Source: Paramecium tetraurelia
Lineage: Eukaryota
Assembly: GCA_000165425.1 (NCBI GenBank)
Contig: CT868196.1
Location: forward strand, 62,001-126,000
Length of the DNA stretch: 64,000 nucleotides
Direction: 5' to 3'
Made by a program: the position numbers and the translations under genes. The notes under the pieces were generated by a model that was given only the letters and a program-made list of their open reading frames with translations, was not told where the DNA came from and did not search any database. Below, in pieces: positions 1 to 14,162 of the stretch. Every line of letters starts with the position of its first letter. The first letter of the stretch is position 1.

Positions 1-382
1 TATTAAATAATAAGGATTATAAATTACTGTTGCTAATTAGAATGAAGCTAATTACCTATATTATACCTTATGATTAGAAAGAAACAATTCTAATATTTGT
101 ATCTATTGATTATTCAAGTATTAGGCCATTGGATTTTTAGAAAAGTGAAAAATAATCTAAATAATATTTGTATTAGTTTCAAATTTATTCTAAAATAAAT
201 TACCTTCTGAATAACTTAAATAATTCTGAATTTTACAAATACGAAAATTTTCATACAATAAGTTACTTTCCTATTTTGGAACTGGAAAAATAAAATGGAA
301 GAGGGAAGTGTAGTAAAATTGAAAAGTTTGGTGAAAATTATAAAATATATTTATCTTATTGTGTATAAATATTTTATATTAT

Positions 383-1319
383 ATGAATTCGAATCATATT
401 AGATGGAAGCCAAAATCAGAGGAGGAAAGATAATCTCAGAGGTTGTAACAAATAAAGACAGTTTATTTGATTGGGACAGATGAAAAAAGTCTTGCTCCAA
501 GATTGACTGCTAAATCTTGGATTGTAGTAGATTCAAATTCTGGGGATGTTTTATATGCTTACAACGAGAATTAAAGAAGGGAGATAGCTTCGATCACAAA
601 AATAATGACATTCTATGTTGTTTTGAGTATGTGCAAGACTATGAATGTTTAAACTAATAATACATATGCTGAAGTTAGTTTATAAGCAAGTTTAGTAGGA
701 GGCACGACTGCTAATTTGCTCAAAGGAGACATACTATCAATAGATGATTTATTTTATGGATTAATGTTACCATCAGGCAACGATGCAGCTATGACATTTG
801 CTGAAAATTTTGGAATTTATGCTATGTATTAAAATAAAATTAAAGGAAATAATCCAATCATATATTTTATTCAGGAAATGAATAACAAAGCAAGAGAATT
901 AAGAATGACTCAAACTACTTATGCAAATCCACATGGATTAAACAATAAAAATAATCTATCTTCAGCATATGATGTCGCAAAACTTTGCAATTAATTATTA
1001 AAAGATGATTTCTTTAAAAAGGTTGTAAATACAAAGATTCATTTCTGTACTATTTAAGATGAAGAAGGTATCATTGCGAATAAATAATTTTAAAGGATTT
1101 ACAAGGGATGTTATGTGGGAAAACACAAACAAATTGCTTTACTAAGGATTTCGAGGAATAAAAACTGGCAATACTTCAGTAGCAGGTCCTTGTTTGGCAA
1201 GTTATTATCAGTCAAATAACAGATCATTTACAATAGTAATTTTGGGTTGTCGAAATTAGGAAGATCGATGGTCTGAAACTATGCAACTAGTATAATGGTG
1301 TTTATCTTAAATTCAATGA
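383..1319 (+). CDS. D-alanyl-D-alanine carboxypeptidase, peptidase family S11 (penicillin-binding-protein fold)
   Basis: Code-6 translation MNSNHIRWKPK...EIASITKIMT (SxxK), LMLPSGNDAA (SxN), YANPHGL, GIKTGNTSVAGPCL (KTG). One ~28-nt intron near 1068-1095. TGA at 1317-1319. Confidence 0.92.
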
Positions 1320-1339
1320 TCTCATATATAACTTATATA

Positions 1340-2070
1340 TCAATTATCAGTAAAATCAGAAAATCTTGATATTTTATTTTTAATAGTGTTTAGATCGCTT
1401 TGCAATGCCTTGCTTTCAAATTGCAAACTATCGACATGTTTTTAGACCCTAGATTTTGCATTGATCTGTTTGGATTGATTAATCATGTTGTCGATTTCAA
1501 GTAGGTTTCTTTGTCGATCATCTTGATTACCAATAATCTACGAAAGTTGATCTAATTTAGTTTGCAATTGACTATAATAAAGTCCTTGTTCTTCATTCAT
1601 AATTTTCTGGTATTTGGAAGAGTACAACTTGATTTGACTTTATTGATCGACATAATCTGATTATCTATAAGATTGTGGCAATTGAAAAGTGTTCAGTTAA
1701 GACTGTTAACTTTTGGATGTGCTGCTGTATAGTTATTTGTTTGGACTCCTGATTGGTTAATTCTGATTCAATCTTTACGGACTTTTGAAAGGCTATTTCT
1801 TGATTGGAGATTATGCTTTTTGTTTATTGGGACTCAAAGGAATATCTGAGAGTAATAGATAATGTTCATACTTGATATAGCAGATTTAACTTTGAGACGT
1901 TTAGCGTTTTTGCAGATCGATGATTTGAGGATGTCAACTGAAAATTCTTGTTTCTTTGATGGCGTTGATACAGTTTGTATTTTGCTGTTGTTGGTCACTG
2001 GAGTGGCCAAGGTTTTGTTCATAATTTGCTTACGAAATTCGATGAACTATTGGGAAATATCGTAACTCAT
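1340..2070 (-). CDS. hypothetical protein (low complexity, coiled-coil C-terminus)
   Basis: ATG at 2070 (MSYDISQQFIEFRKQIMNK...). A 26-nt GT..AG intron (gtatgaacattatctattactctcag) restores the frame to TGA at 1340-1342, giving about 234 aa. No recognisable family motif. Confidence 0.7.
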
Positions 2071-2179
2071 TGGAGTTAACAGATAAAATTTATTAATATA
2101 TATATTAGGAATTAACAATTCAAAAAGGCTTATAAATAACAATATTAGCAATCATTCATAAATTTTATTAAATAAAATT

Positions 2180-3550
2180 ATGAAAGCTCTTCTTTTCGTC
2201 GTTTGTGGTATCAAAATTTTGATCTTTCATAGTTGCATCTGCTTTGGCATCACATGCTTATATATACCCATTCAATAGCAACAATGTAAATGAATTAGAA
2301 GGCCTGAATCAAAAACAAATTGCTTAATTGATAAAATACAATATTGGATTAGTCGAACACATTTCTGCTGACTAGCAAAAGGTCTTTGAATAATTGATAA
2401 AGTATATATTTCTACGTCAATTAGAACATTTGGCAAAGGCAATATCTTATCACCAACCGACATGAACTATTTGATTCTCATTGAGAGCGAGAAATTGTAT
2501 TAAGGATAAGAATTAAAATAACAGAGAATAACCGAGGGATTCTCTTAGAGCTTTAAAGTAATGGACAAAGATCCAAAATCCCTTTTGGAATCACTTTTTG
2601 GTTAACAAGGTAATCATTTGAATCCCACTTTAGATGATTCATTAATTAAGAAAGCCTAAAAAATGTACAACCAAAATAACTTGGGATTCAAAATCTATCA
2701 AAATGAGGACAACTTGGATATTAATTATTTATAATGGACAATCACTCTTTATTTAGGCAAAAATGTAAAAATATAAACTTATTATATAGAATGAAGTTTA
2801 TTTCTATGAACCAAACAAAGATAAATCATATAAAGTAGATTCAAGTTTAGAAAAATGTGTTGACAATTTCTTCGGAACAACCTTTGATTATGCACCTAAT
2901 GAGAAGAAAATTTATAAATACAACACAAATGAAATGATCGAAATTACTTAAGACAATGAAGAATAAATCATTGGGTTCTTAAAAGATGTGTGTGCTATGA
3001 ATAAACTATCTACACTCTTTAAAAAATGTAATCTTATTCTATTATCTAATCAGCTAATTAACCCAACATGTTATCAATTATAAATAAATCTATTGCAAAA
3101 CTAGAAAAACTCATGAAAGAATCAGAAATAGAGATGGTCTATGATATGATGAGAATTGCCCATAAAAAAGTAATATTAAAATGATTTTAAGCTCTCTAAA
3201 AACTTAAGAAATACTTTTGAAAACGAAGAATTATTCGGTCTCATTTTAGTTGAAGAAGAAAAGAATCCTCAATTGACAACAACTAAGGAATCAGCAAAAG
3301 TTTAAAGAATTTTAATGGAGACAAGAACAAGAATGTTAAATTAAGTTACTGTATTATGTTCTGAATTATTTATTAGTAAACTAATTCTTCTGGATACGTC
3401 ATGAATGCAACCACTTATCAAATTTATGTTTGGTTTGGAGTTTTCTTTGTTATAGTCTTGATTGGTATAATATATGCTATGGTCACCATGGATATTTAAA
3501 AGGATACTTTATTGTATGCAAAATTCTTAACAACAGATTAAAGAGCATGA
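2180..3550 (+). CDS. type I membrane protein, ATP6AP2/(pro)renin-receptor-like V-ATPase accessory subunit
   Basis: N-terminal signal peptide MKALLFVVC..VASALA, several short introns, and a C-terminal TM plus tail TYQIYVWFGVFFVIVLIGIIYAMVTMDIQKDTLLYAKF that resembles the ATP6AP2 family tail (M-D-x-x-x-D-S/T-I/L-I/L-Y). Confidence 0.6.
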
Positions 3551-3642
3551 TCAGTATATGTAATTATACCAAACATATTAATTTTTAAATTAAACATTTA
3601 AATATCATTTATTCAATTAATGGTTCTTAATATACAATAATA

Positions 3643-5188
3643 TCAATAATGTAGCAAACGAAAAGCCCTCAGTTCTCCATCCTCATTTCCTATCACCAAG
3701 AATCTGGAATCATTACTTATTCCTATTGCTGAGATTTTCTAATTATTATTTGAATATTTACTTTCAGACATGTGGTGACAGTTGGCCAATTTTCAAATAC
3801 TGTAAAAGTATCAACGTGAACTAATTTTAAAGCTGAATCTTTCCATTTCGAGCTTATGCATAAGATTTCACAAAATTTATTAAATTAAACTTCATTTACA
3901 CTTGTGGTTAAATTCTATATTTCCTTTATTGGATCTTTGTTGAATAACTTTGTAGCAGAATTTAATTTAAAGACATTCACAATACCGGTTCTACTGCCGA
4001 CTGCCAATAGATCTAATTTAAAATCTAAGCAATTCACTTCAAATCCTCCTGGATTATGAAAAACATTATATATTTATTATTTTTACAAGGACCATTAGTA
4101 GATCTTACCACCCTGACCTGCTGATATTAGAAATTCATCAGCAAATGTAACAGCTTTACATGCCTCATTCTATTTGAACTCATTCAAAAGAATTTTACTA
4201 TCTCCACTTAAAATGTGTATGTAACCAGATTCATTAAATAGTGCTATGTATTTGTCATCTTCACTAATTGTAAATTCTATTTATCTATTATATTTCCCAG
4301 ATTAATTGAAATGCTTAGCAAATAAAGTAGACTATATTCTCTTATACTTTTAAGAATTGATGTCAACTTCAATCAGATATGTTTTGAATGGGGATGCTAC
4401 TATTATGTTATTGTTTTCATTCATAAATTGCAATTTACATATTGGAAACTTCTCTAATCCGATCGATTTGATAAGCTATAATTGAAAAAACTATTTACTT
4501 GAATCTATTTGTTTGGATTGAATTGATAAATCCTAATCAACTTATCAAACCCTCCTTCTGCAAATATTGGTAATTTCTTATGAAAACTAATTGATTAAAT
4601 AACTGTGTTTATTTTCGCTTTAATAATTCCTGCTTATTCAATCTAGATAATTCTATTTGGAAGCAAACTACTTTTGGTTGGTTGATTTTAGATATTTTAG
4701 GACAATAATTCTTTTAAATTGGCATTCAATTAGGTTTGATCAAATTTATCTTTTTCTTATTTAATTTGCTATTTAGATTGGGCCCAACTTAAGAATTCAT
4801 TATTTTATTGGGAGCTTTTATAAAATTCTCTTAATTTTTTTTAATATTCCTTTCCTGTAACTAGATTTTGTCCATTTTTTATAAGTTTTCTCAATTTTGT
4901 CTATTTACTCAAATCCACTTATATTTTTTCATCGAATTCATCTGCCCATTAAGCTAAATCTCCTTCTTGGTCCAAAGGCTGATCAGCGTAATCTTCTTCT
5001 TCTTTTTTTTAATTCGATTACTCTTATTTGACAGATTATTCACTTTCATTTTAATTATCATTTTCAAATAACAATAGTTCTTCTTATTAATATTATTAAT
5101 ATTTCTACTAAGGTACTTATTCAGAAAGTTTTTTGAGTTGGAGAGCTTTTTTAGATTTCCTATTTGGTTTGTTTTAAAGTTTTACCAT
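3643..5188 (-). CDS. UTP18: U3 snoRNA-associated protein 18 (WD40)
   Basis: AQWADEFDEKIQVDLSKQTKLRKL...TGKEYQKKLREFY N-terminal signature, WD40 repeats, and C-terminal KLVHVDTFTVFENWPT...FLVIGNEDG. Short introns. Confidence 0.88.
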
Positions 5189-5948
5189 TATTAAATTAAT
5201 ATTATAATTATAATGAATAATTCTATATTGATAATCCTATGGAACAAATTAAGGTTGACCAATAAGAGTATAAATATTCAATATCAAAATTTGGATAACT
5301 CAAAGTGAGTATTAAGTTATTGATAACAATGATTTCCCATAGAAAATTTAGAGATAATTATCTATAATATAATCACATAAACTTGGAAAAAGAATAATAC
5401 TGTAGCTTATTAAGTTTTAGTAATCTTCTTTCTAGAAGAATATCATATTTTACCTTATGTTTACAAAATACATTTATTGTTTTTTGATAATTAAGCCATA
5501 AATTGATAAATTGATTTAATTAAATTCTTTAACAGATTTCTGTAGACTTATTTGGCAATCAAATCAAAATTATTTCATATCTCGTTATTTATTTATATAT
5601 TTACAAGTTTTTCTTTAGATTTGATTCTATAACTTATTTCTAATTCATCTCTCAGTATCATAATGATAATAGTCATAGTTTTCAGTACATACTATAATCA
5701 AATCCAATATCTTCAAGAATTTTAGATAACTCAAGAAAAACCAATAAATTAAAAAATAATCTCTTCTCCCAAAAGGTATTAATAATAATTTTATTTTTAA
5801 ACCCAGAATTGAGTAATTAAGCAATATATTGTAAAATGATTAAGTAAAGTGAAAAAGAATCCATTATAATTAATCAACAGTTTGATTGAATTCATATTTG
5901 AGTTGTTTAATTAAAATAATTTATTAATAATATTTTTTCTGTTAATAA

Positions 5949-7754
5949 ATGAAATCATTATTAGGTGATAGTCCAATCACACCCTTAACCGAGAAGTCCG
6001 TGCTCCTCACTGACAATAATAATGAGGATTAATTTTATCCTGTAAGCTAATAAAATAATTTTTTACATGAAAAAGAATTAAATCAAAACCACTTACTAAA
6101 TCCAAGAATTTTGACTCAAAAACAAAATCTTCACAATAAATTAAATTAAGAATATCAAGAATTAATACAAAGAAGGAATTAATTAAGAAATAGTTATGAA
6201 TAGCATCAGTTGCAACAATGTTCATTCAAGCCAAGAATTAGTCAAAAGAGCATTGAAATGAGGTCTCAAGATATGTCACAACCTCGTTATATGTCACCTA
6301 AGAAAATTTACTTCAATGATTAGACAGAGACTTTGTAGACGTAGCAATCCCCGAAATAAAGAAATAAGAGGAAATCCAACAAAGAGAATCTCTGGGAGAG
6401 ACTTAGTCAGAATAAGTAAAGTGTTCAATTATAGGTTTCAAATCCAATCGTTCTAGAATAACCAAATCAAGAGAGAATAGATCAAACTAAAATAAACGAA
6501 ATAGTTAATAGATTATATAATTAAGCCTTTTAGCCAAAGAAATAGAAATAACAAAATGATAGTAACTAAATTTTAGGTTCTTTACGAGGAAGTCACAATG
6601 AAAAATTAGTTATACATTATTTTGTTCGAGAGTTCTATAAAGTGTTGACAATGGCAAGGTGTGACACATTGGATGATTTAAAATACAACCAATAATTTTC
6701 ATTCTAATTTTAAATTGAAAGCGATTTGTGTTTGATTACCCTAAATGAACTGTGTTAGATTTTGGATAATTTAGGATTTGTTCCATTGGATAATAAACCA
6801 TTATAATTTGAAATATTTCAACATTTACAATGTCCTACTGATTTTGATTTGATATTGTCCAGAAATTTACTGTGTTTCTTATTATGCGTATAAGGTTATC
6901 ATAACGAAATCGAATAAATTCCAAATTATGAAAATTAATACAAAATTAAGTTCCCTATTTAATATAACAACGGAATAACACAGTTTATCAATGGAAACTT
7001 AAGAGTCTACAACCCAGATCTATTACTATAGAAATATGGTATATTAAATGTGAATCATTTGGCTTATAAAAAAAATAGAGATTTGTAATAAGATGTAAAT
7101 ACGTCTTTTAAGACTAATAAATAAACTTAAGTGTTGGCAATTTAACATAGAAAAAGAGTGGCTTCAGAAATTTAACATCAAAATATCACTCTAAATGATT
7201 ACGACTAATTATACAACAAAAAGAAATAGAAATTAATTGAAGAATAAGAGAAAATCAACTAAGAGTAATGCACCTTTAATCCATAAATAAATGATGCTCA
7301 AGTGAAATCAAAATATCTATAATCCAAACCACAGAAGTCCAATGATTAAGGAAATCAGGTCTAAAATAATACACCTCTGTTTATACCCAACACTGTAAAA
7401 AGCAAGCTTGCAGTTGTTTAGACAAAGCCAGCAAATAGCAATGTGGCGATTGAAAGGATGATAAAGGGAAGAGTTCAAAGATAATTGAGCTAGGCAATTA
7501 TTAAGTAAGGAACCTGTAATTCCAAAAAGAGATAATAGTTAGAAGAATAAATCTATGAACAAGAGTTGGGTCATAGGCAACCATTAATGTTCATAGATGT
7601 TATTATTGATAACAACAAAAAGGAGAGAATTGTCGTAAATTAAAATGATACTGCAGAAAAATTAGCCTCCTAATTCATAGAGAAAAATAAGATTGATAAG
7701 AGTCATTAGGAAAACTTAATAAAGCTAATTCAGCAGCAATTGCCTAATCATTGA
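5949..7754 (+). CDS. hypothetical ciliate protein
   Basis: Long code-6 frame from MKSLLGDSPITPL... It contains CTFNP/LFIPN-type repeats and a C-terminal PLMFIDVIIDNNKKERIVVNQNDTAEKLASQF segment. TGA at 7752-7754. Confidence 0.75.
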
Positions 7755-7850
7755 AATTATATTAAAGGTTTTGTACTTTGAAGTTTATATTTTATTGGTT
7801 ATGATTCTTTGTCGCTTTTTAATATATAATAAATTTTATATTGTTTTAAA

Positions 7851-10800
7851 ATGAATGCATTTGAACGCACTTTAGAAGAAATGAAATCAGTCAAGTTGTT
7901 ATGTAAAAGGTTAGGAGAGACAACATAAGATTAGCTTGATAGGATGATCAAAATTTTCTAAGCCATGCCTCAAAAGATATACTTTAGCAACTTTTATCAA
8001 AATCAATTGTACAAAAATACTATGGGAGTATTTTCTAAAAAAGATTGGAATAGTGACCATGTTGCAATAAGCGTAATAGATTAGGAACTTTAAGCTGATT
8101 GGCCAGAGTTAATGATTTATATGTAGATATTAAGGTAATCATATTAGGAAGCCTTTTTTGATGTTTTACGTTATTGATCTACAAGAAGGGCTGATACCTA
8201 TTGATGAGATTAATAAGTAAAAAAGAAAAGTCAATGATGAAAAATTGATTAGATTTATGTTATTAAATTGTGGAGTGAATTCTTTCTAAAATATAGAGTA
8301 AGAACAAACTTTCATTATCATTCCCCCACTTAGTGATGATAAAATGGTATACTATTTAGAAGATCAATTGCAATTATATTTATGCTAAATCATTGAGCAT
8401 TTTGCATCAGAAATCCTGAGATTGAAGTATTACTATTTAATTAATAAAAGAAATGATCAATCCTAAATTGTTTTGTTTAATATGAAAGAGGAAAAGATTA
8501 GTGATCAATCCAAATTGAAAAAGAGAAAACAAGGTAGGCAAATCAAAATAATGGGTGATCTGGCACTCATGATCAATGATCCGTAAGATGCCATTGATTA
8601 TTACAAGTAAGCCTTAGACAATTTGAATAAAAACAATGATTATCTCTGGTGTGGGATTATATAATAGCATTTGGCAGCATCTAAATCTTCCTTTGACGAA
8701 ATCGAGGAACATTTTAGAGAATCACTTACAGCTCTTAAAAAGACTAAGTTCATCAATTTGGAAATCGAGTGCTTTTTTAAATTAATGCATTATCGAAAGG
8801 CCTCTAATGATAAACTAGGACTGAATAAGACTATTGATTTATTCACAAAAACCTTTGATCCTGAATCCCCAATTGAAAAGTGCAAATTTTATCTGTTTGT
8901 TTCAGATCTTTATGGTCAGATACAAATGAAAAGAAAACAAGCTTATTTCATTCGCTTAGCCAGTTTCTAATTGGCTACAATCAATAAATCAATGGCTTTA
9001 GAACTTTCTAAAATATCCAGTTCTATGTATGGCCTTAATTCTTACTTTTCTGATGAGTCAAGTACTATATTTTGGACTTCTCTTTAGCATAATTTTGTGC
9101 AGGAGATCTAACATAATTTTTAAGGAATGTATTCATTATTATGTTATTAGACCATATTTCTAACACAACACATAGATTTAAAGAATACAAATGTTCAAAG
9201 CAGATTTTACTTAACAACAATTAGAACTTATGCTCTAAATCTTAAAGTAAGACTCTGTTAAGCATGAATTAAAATAAAACTATTTGCTAATGATACCAAA
9301 AATAGAAAGATTTGAAATATAACCTTTCAAAGAAAAGTTTAGTTTGATCAATAAAGAAGTTAAGACAGAATCTGCAAGTTAGGATATATTTATTGTGAAT
9401 CCTTGGGCAAATAAGGATGCAAAAAATGAATTGAAATACCCTCTCAATTCAATTATTGAATTAGTATTGTACATTTCCAATGAATATTCCTTCGACTTTT
9501 AATTAGATAAATTGGTTTTATAAATAGAGGGTTGTGATTGTATTACTTACCCTAAAGGAATTAATTTGCCAGCCAATACTAAAAATTGGCCTATCACCTT
9601 TTCGATTAGACCTCAATCTGTAGGTTCCTTTAAAATAGTTGGAATTAAAGTTCAATATTTAAACTATGAATACATTCATAAAATCAATTAATTTGGCTTT
9701 TCTGCACTTCTATCCCCAGAAAACTAAAAATAGGAACAATCCCTTTATAATCTGCATAATATCCAAATAATAGAAGATATCCCATATGTCTAGGCATAAA
9801 TATACAGGGATTCTACATTAATTAATGAAGTAGAGGCTGTTTATTTTGATCCTAGTGAATTGTTTACTTACTAATTTATAATTAAGAATAAAGCTGAAAA
9901 ATGTATATAAAATCTTGCCTTTGAAATAATTATTGAATCTGAAGATCCTCCTATATATGAATATAAATAAATAATCTAGAACTTCTGTTTAGACGGATTT
10001 AGTTCTGTGAATATTCTACTGAGTGATTTTTAAATGGTAAATCAAAATAATTTGATGCACTTCTAAATCCCAAAGATTCCTCACAAGACTCATCTCATTA
10101 AGAAAATATCATTGAATCTATTTCTATCGTATAATGATGCCTTGTACTAAAGAGAAATAAAATTGAATAGATTAATATCAATAAGATAAAGAACTGTAAT
10201 TTAGCAATGTCAATTTGTCAGCAAATATAAATGCAATAATGAGAGTATCAATGAAATATACGATTTATAGGATAGTTGTTTTTTAAGCATTTAAATTGCA
10301 AAGAAAGATTTCTTAATAAGTCTAGAATTATAATCTTAGATTTTAATAGATGGATAATTTAATGAAATTCTTAATGAAGATTGTGAGTATTATGCTTAAG
10401 CTCTGAAACTTAGAAAATTACCATTAAATTAATTAACCAATCCGGATTTGAAGGTGATTTGGAAAAACTTATATAATGGAATCATTGGTATTTTGAATCC
10501 ATTTTAACATCTCAGCTAAGAGGATATCTTCAAACATTGTTGCAATGATTTGATTGAAATTGAATGCAAGGAATCTAACAGACAGATAAATTACAAATTA
10601 ACCTTACATGAAAAGCTGACTTCCAGTAAAAGTGTAAGTGTCGTTATTAGTCTAACTAATGAGTGGGTGAATTCAAATTGTGCTAAATCAATGGTTTCAT
10701 CTGTATAAAATACTAATAATCCAATTATCACAGACGGATTCACATCATTCAATCTTGAAATTGATTAAAACAAACAGATTACAAAGAATGGTCAATTGGG

Positions 10801-10894
10801 TTATTATGGATAATTGAATTAATCATGTCTTAAGTTCATTATTAATGACTTTGAAAATAAGAGATAGTATATAAAGAGATGTGAAATTAAATGA
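7851..10894 (+). CDS. TRAPPC9: TRAPP II complex subunit Trs120/TRAPPC9
   Basis: SKLKKRKQGRQIKIMGDLALMINDPQDAIDYYKQALDNLNKNNDYLWCG matches the Trs120 KKR.GR..K..GD..L...DYLW motif. IFIVNPW motif present. About 3 kb with short introns. Confidence 0.85.
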
Positions 10895-11762
10895 TAATGT
10901 TCATATATATGTGATTTTAAAGAATAATTATTCTTCTTTTCTCATATCAATATATTATTTCATATCTTGATTGTTAAATAAATTAAATTTAATTAAATTA
11001 TCATTTAAATTATTTTATAATAAGAAATATTATACTAATCAAACAATGCTTAACCTTATAAATCCACTTTTATATAAACTAAATATTTGAATGTGAACCT
11101 GGTTCTTAAACATTCACCTATGAAATATCTAATTTATTTTATTTTAAATGTTAAACGAATTTATCAAGTTAACTAATCATTAGAAGGAAAAGGTTCACAC
11201 TTAATGAGTGGGAGATTTCTAATATTATGAGAAAAAGTTTTTCTTTATTTCATTTAACAAGCATTTGAATTAAAAATGATTAAAACTTGTTTCTTTATGC
11301 TGCTTAGGTTCTTGCTCTAAAATTATTTCTATCCTCATTTCGATTAGTTGAATGACATTACCTTTTAATTCAAAATTAGATCAATCCAGATATTGATGAA
11401 ACCTTTGGGAGCAATTTTAACCAACTCTTAATATAAACTAATAAAAATTGATTTATCAACATCTAAATATCACAATAACCCTATTATATTTATCCATTAA
11501 AGAGTTGTAAATGTACAATAAAATCCATCCTTTCTATTACAAAAATATGATGTATTTCCTTAAAATTATAATCACTAACTTATACTATAACATAATATCT
11601 TGATAATAGGCAATAATATGCACTATTGTTATTGAAATAATAAGTAATATTATCAAAGATGAGTAGATACAATGATATTCTTTTTTGAATTCATCAGAAA
11701 AATTCACATGTTTGGTATTATATAACTCTATTTAATAACATTTTTACCCATAAATTATTTCA

Positions 11763-12316
11763 ATGGAATTAGAAATTTCATAATTGGTCGATAAAATAGT
11801 TCGATGTATCCCAAATTATCCTAAACCTGGTATAAATTTTAGAGACATCTGTCCCCTATTAAAAAACATTGAAGCCTTAAACAAAGTAATAGAGTATTTC
11901 GCTGGAAAAATCAACTTTGAATTTGATTATATTGCAGGATTAGAATCAAGAGGATTTCTATTTGGGATATTATTATCATAGAGATTGAACAAAGGTTTCA
12001 TTCCAATTCGTAAGAAGAACAAATTGCCAGGAGAGAAGATATCTTTAGAATATAAATTGGAGTACGGCAGTGATATAATTGAAATTCAAGCAGATGCTTT
12101 TGAGCCAGGATCTAAAATTTTAATTTGTGACGATTTATTAGGTATAAAATTTGGATAAGTTTAGCAACCGGAGGAACAGCAGTAGCAGCAAATGAACTAA
12201 TCCATAAAGCTCAAGGTAATACTGTTGGATATGTTTTTGTAATTGAACTAAAAGATTTGAAAGGGAAAGATAGATTTGATCCAAAGGTTCCTGTAATCGT
12301 AGCTCTTAGTGATTGA
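11763..12316 (+). CDS. APRT: adenine phosphoribosyltransferase
   Basis: [41 protein letters not shown], and ICDDLLATGGT (split by a 23-nt intron). Confidence 0.97.
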
Positions 12317-13269
12317 TATGACAATAATTATAAAATAATCAGATAAAATAACCTCACATTTTCGTCCTTATGGAGATAGACTCTTTTTAAAGGTGTTTAA
12401 GTTTAGTTCCTTTAAATCAATAAGGGTAGGTGACTTATTCTTTTAAAATTTCAATTTGTGTAAGAATGCAAATTTTATTTGGCAATTCCATTAAAAAGTG
12501 ATTATTTAATTAAAATTTTTGTGTTTTTCACGATGTTAAATCTGTACCAGTTATTCTTGTAAAGGTTAAAAGAGTAGATTATAATTTCTCTTAAATATTG
12601 GTTTTATATTATTACATAATTTGAGATATGATTATCACAATTAAAAGAGAAGTTATTTATTGCAACGATAATTTACAATTGTATAGATTAGGAAGACTGC
12701 TGTAATAATGGTACAATGATTAATATAATAAACATAATAATTTCATAAGTGTCATGATTATGTAAGTTTTAAGTATCTCATTCAACTTAAAAACCAAACT
12801 CAACCAAGTAACTTGGACATAATATCATTAGAATTTACTGTTCAAGACCTAAATACATAATAAGGCTCATACTTCCCCTGATTTTAGTCCTATACAAATT
12901 TTAACAGAAAAACAATAAATCTCTTGTTTTAACCTCGTGATACGACTTTAATCACATTACTAACCTACCCTTAATATTGATCTCAAAGAATAACATAGTA
13001 ATTTTGGAAATTATTCATAATAATCAAAAACATGTAATTCCTTGTTCTCCTTAATTATATTTCCTGATTTATATAAATTAATTTATAAGTTATGTCTTCA
13101 TTGTTAAACCTAATATTTTCAGGCTAATTTTGAAGTAGGGATTATAAGAAGATTAAATCATAAACCTAATTTTTTAATATCATATGGCGAATTATTACAT
13201 TATACATCTAGCTTTATAAGCATTTAAATTGGTTTTATAAAGTAATTTTAATTTCTCTGTTTTATTCTA

Positions 13270-14148
13270 ATGTTCCAACCCTATAGTGTAATCAAAATAA
13301 GTATTGCAGATTATATCTTAGATATGATGGATTGTATAGTTTAAGGCTAGAATTAGAGAGGAGGATTATATTTAGGCAATATAGAAAGTGCTGGAAACGG
13401 AAACTTATTAGGTGTCTACAAAATCGGTGCTATTTTGACTACCATGAGTTCATAGGAGTATATTTATGATGGAAACATCTCATCAATGGTAAATGTCATA
13501 TCTTAATAGCTCTAAGTTCATTCGTGTAGATGATGCCGACTTTGTTAATTTAAGCTAATATTTTTAATAAGCCATTGATTTTATTGATTAGAATAGATTG
13601 TTTACAAACGTTCTAGTGCATTGCTATGCTGGAATCTCACGATCTGCAACGATTGTAATTGCCTATCTGATGAAATCATATAAAATGACTTTGGATGAGG
13701 CATTTAAATATGTTCAGTAACTTAGGCCTATCATTAATCCCAATCCTGGGTTTATGAAGCAACTTCAATAATATGAAGCCCATCTATTTGGTTTTAATAT
13801 TCTTCGAAGCTCGTCAATTCATTAGAATGAAATTATGAAAATTTAGAGTAATTAGATGTAGATCGCAAATCCTGAATTCCAAATTTATAATATTGATTTC
13901 AATTAAAATTTGGGCAACTCTCAACTATTATAATAAACAAATCTCTTTAATTCATCAAACTAAAAAGAGAATTAAGATAATAAACTGTAATATATATGCT
14001 TATAACTTTAATCAGGAATTCGCAATATCCTATTGGTTCTCCACGTGGTTTCCAATAAATGGGCGTCTCATGGACTCCAGCACTTCCACAAAAGGAGTTT
14101 AATGGCTAATATCCGAATCTTCGTAGTGTTGAGTTTATATAAAATTGA
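13270..14148 (+). CDS. dual-specificity protein phosphatase
   Basis: [28 protein letters not shown] (HCxxGxxRS) and [14 protein letters not shown]. Two short introns. Confidence 0.95.
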
Positions 14149-14162
14149 CACATATTTAAATA

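Noticed and set aside
383..1319. Bacterial contamination as the source of the S11 gene
   Set aside because: It contains a spliceosomal intron and in-frame TAA/TAG Gln codons, and is contiguous with ciliate genes.
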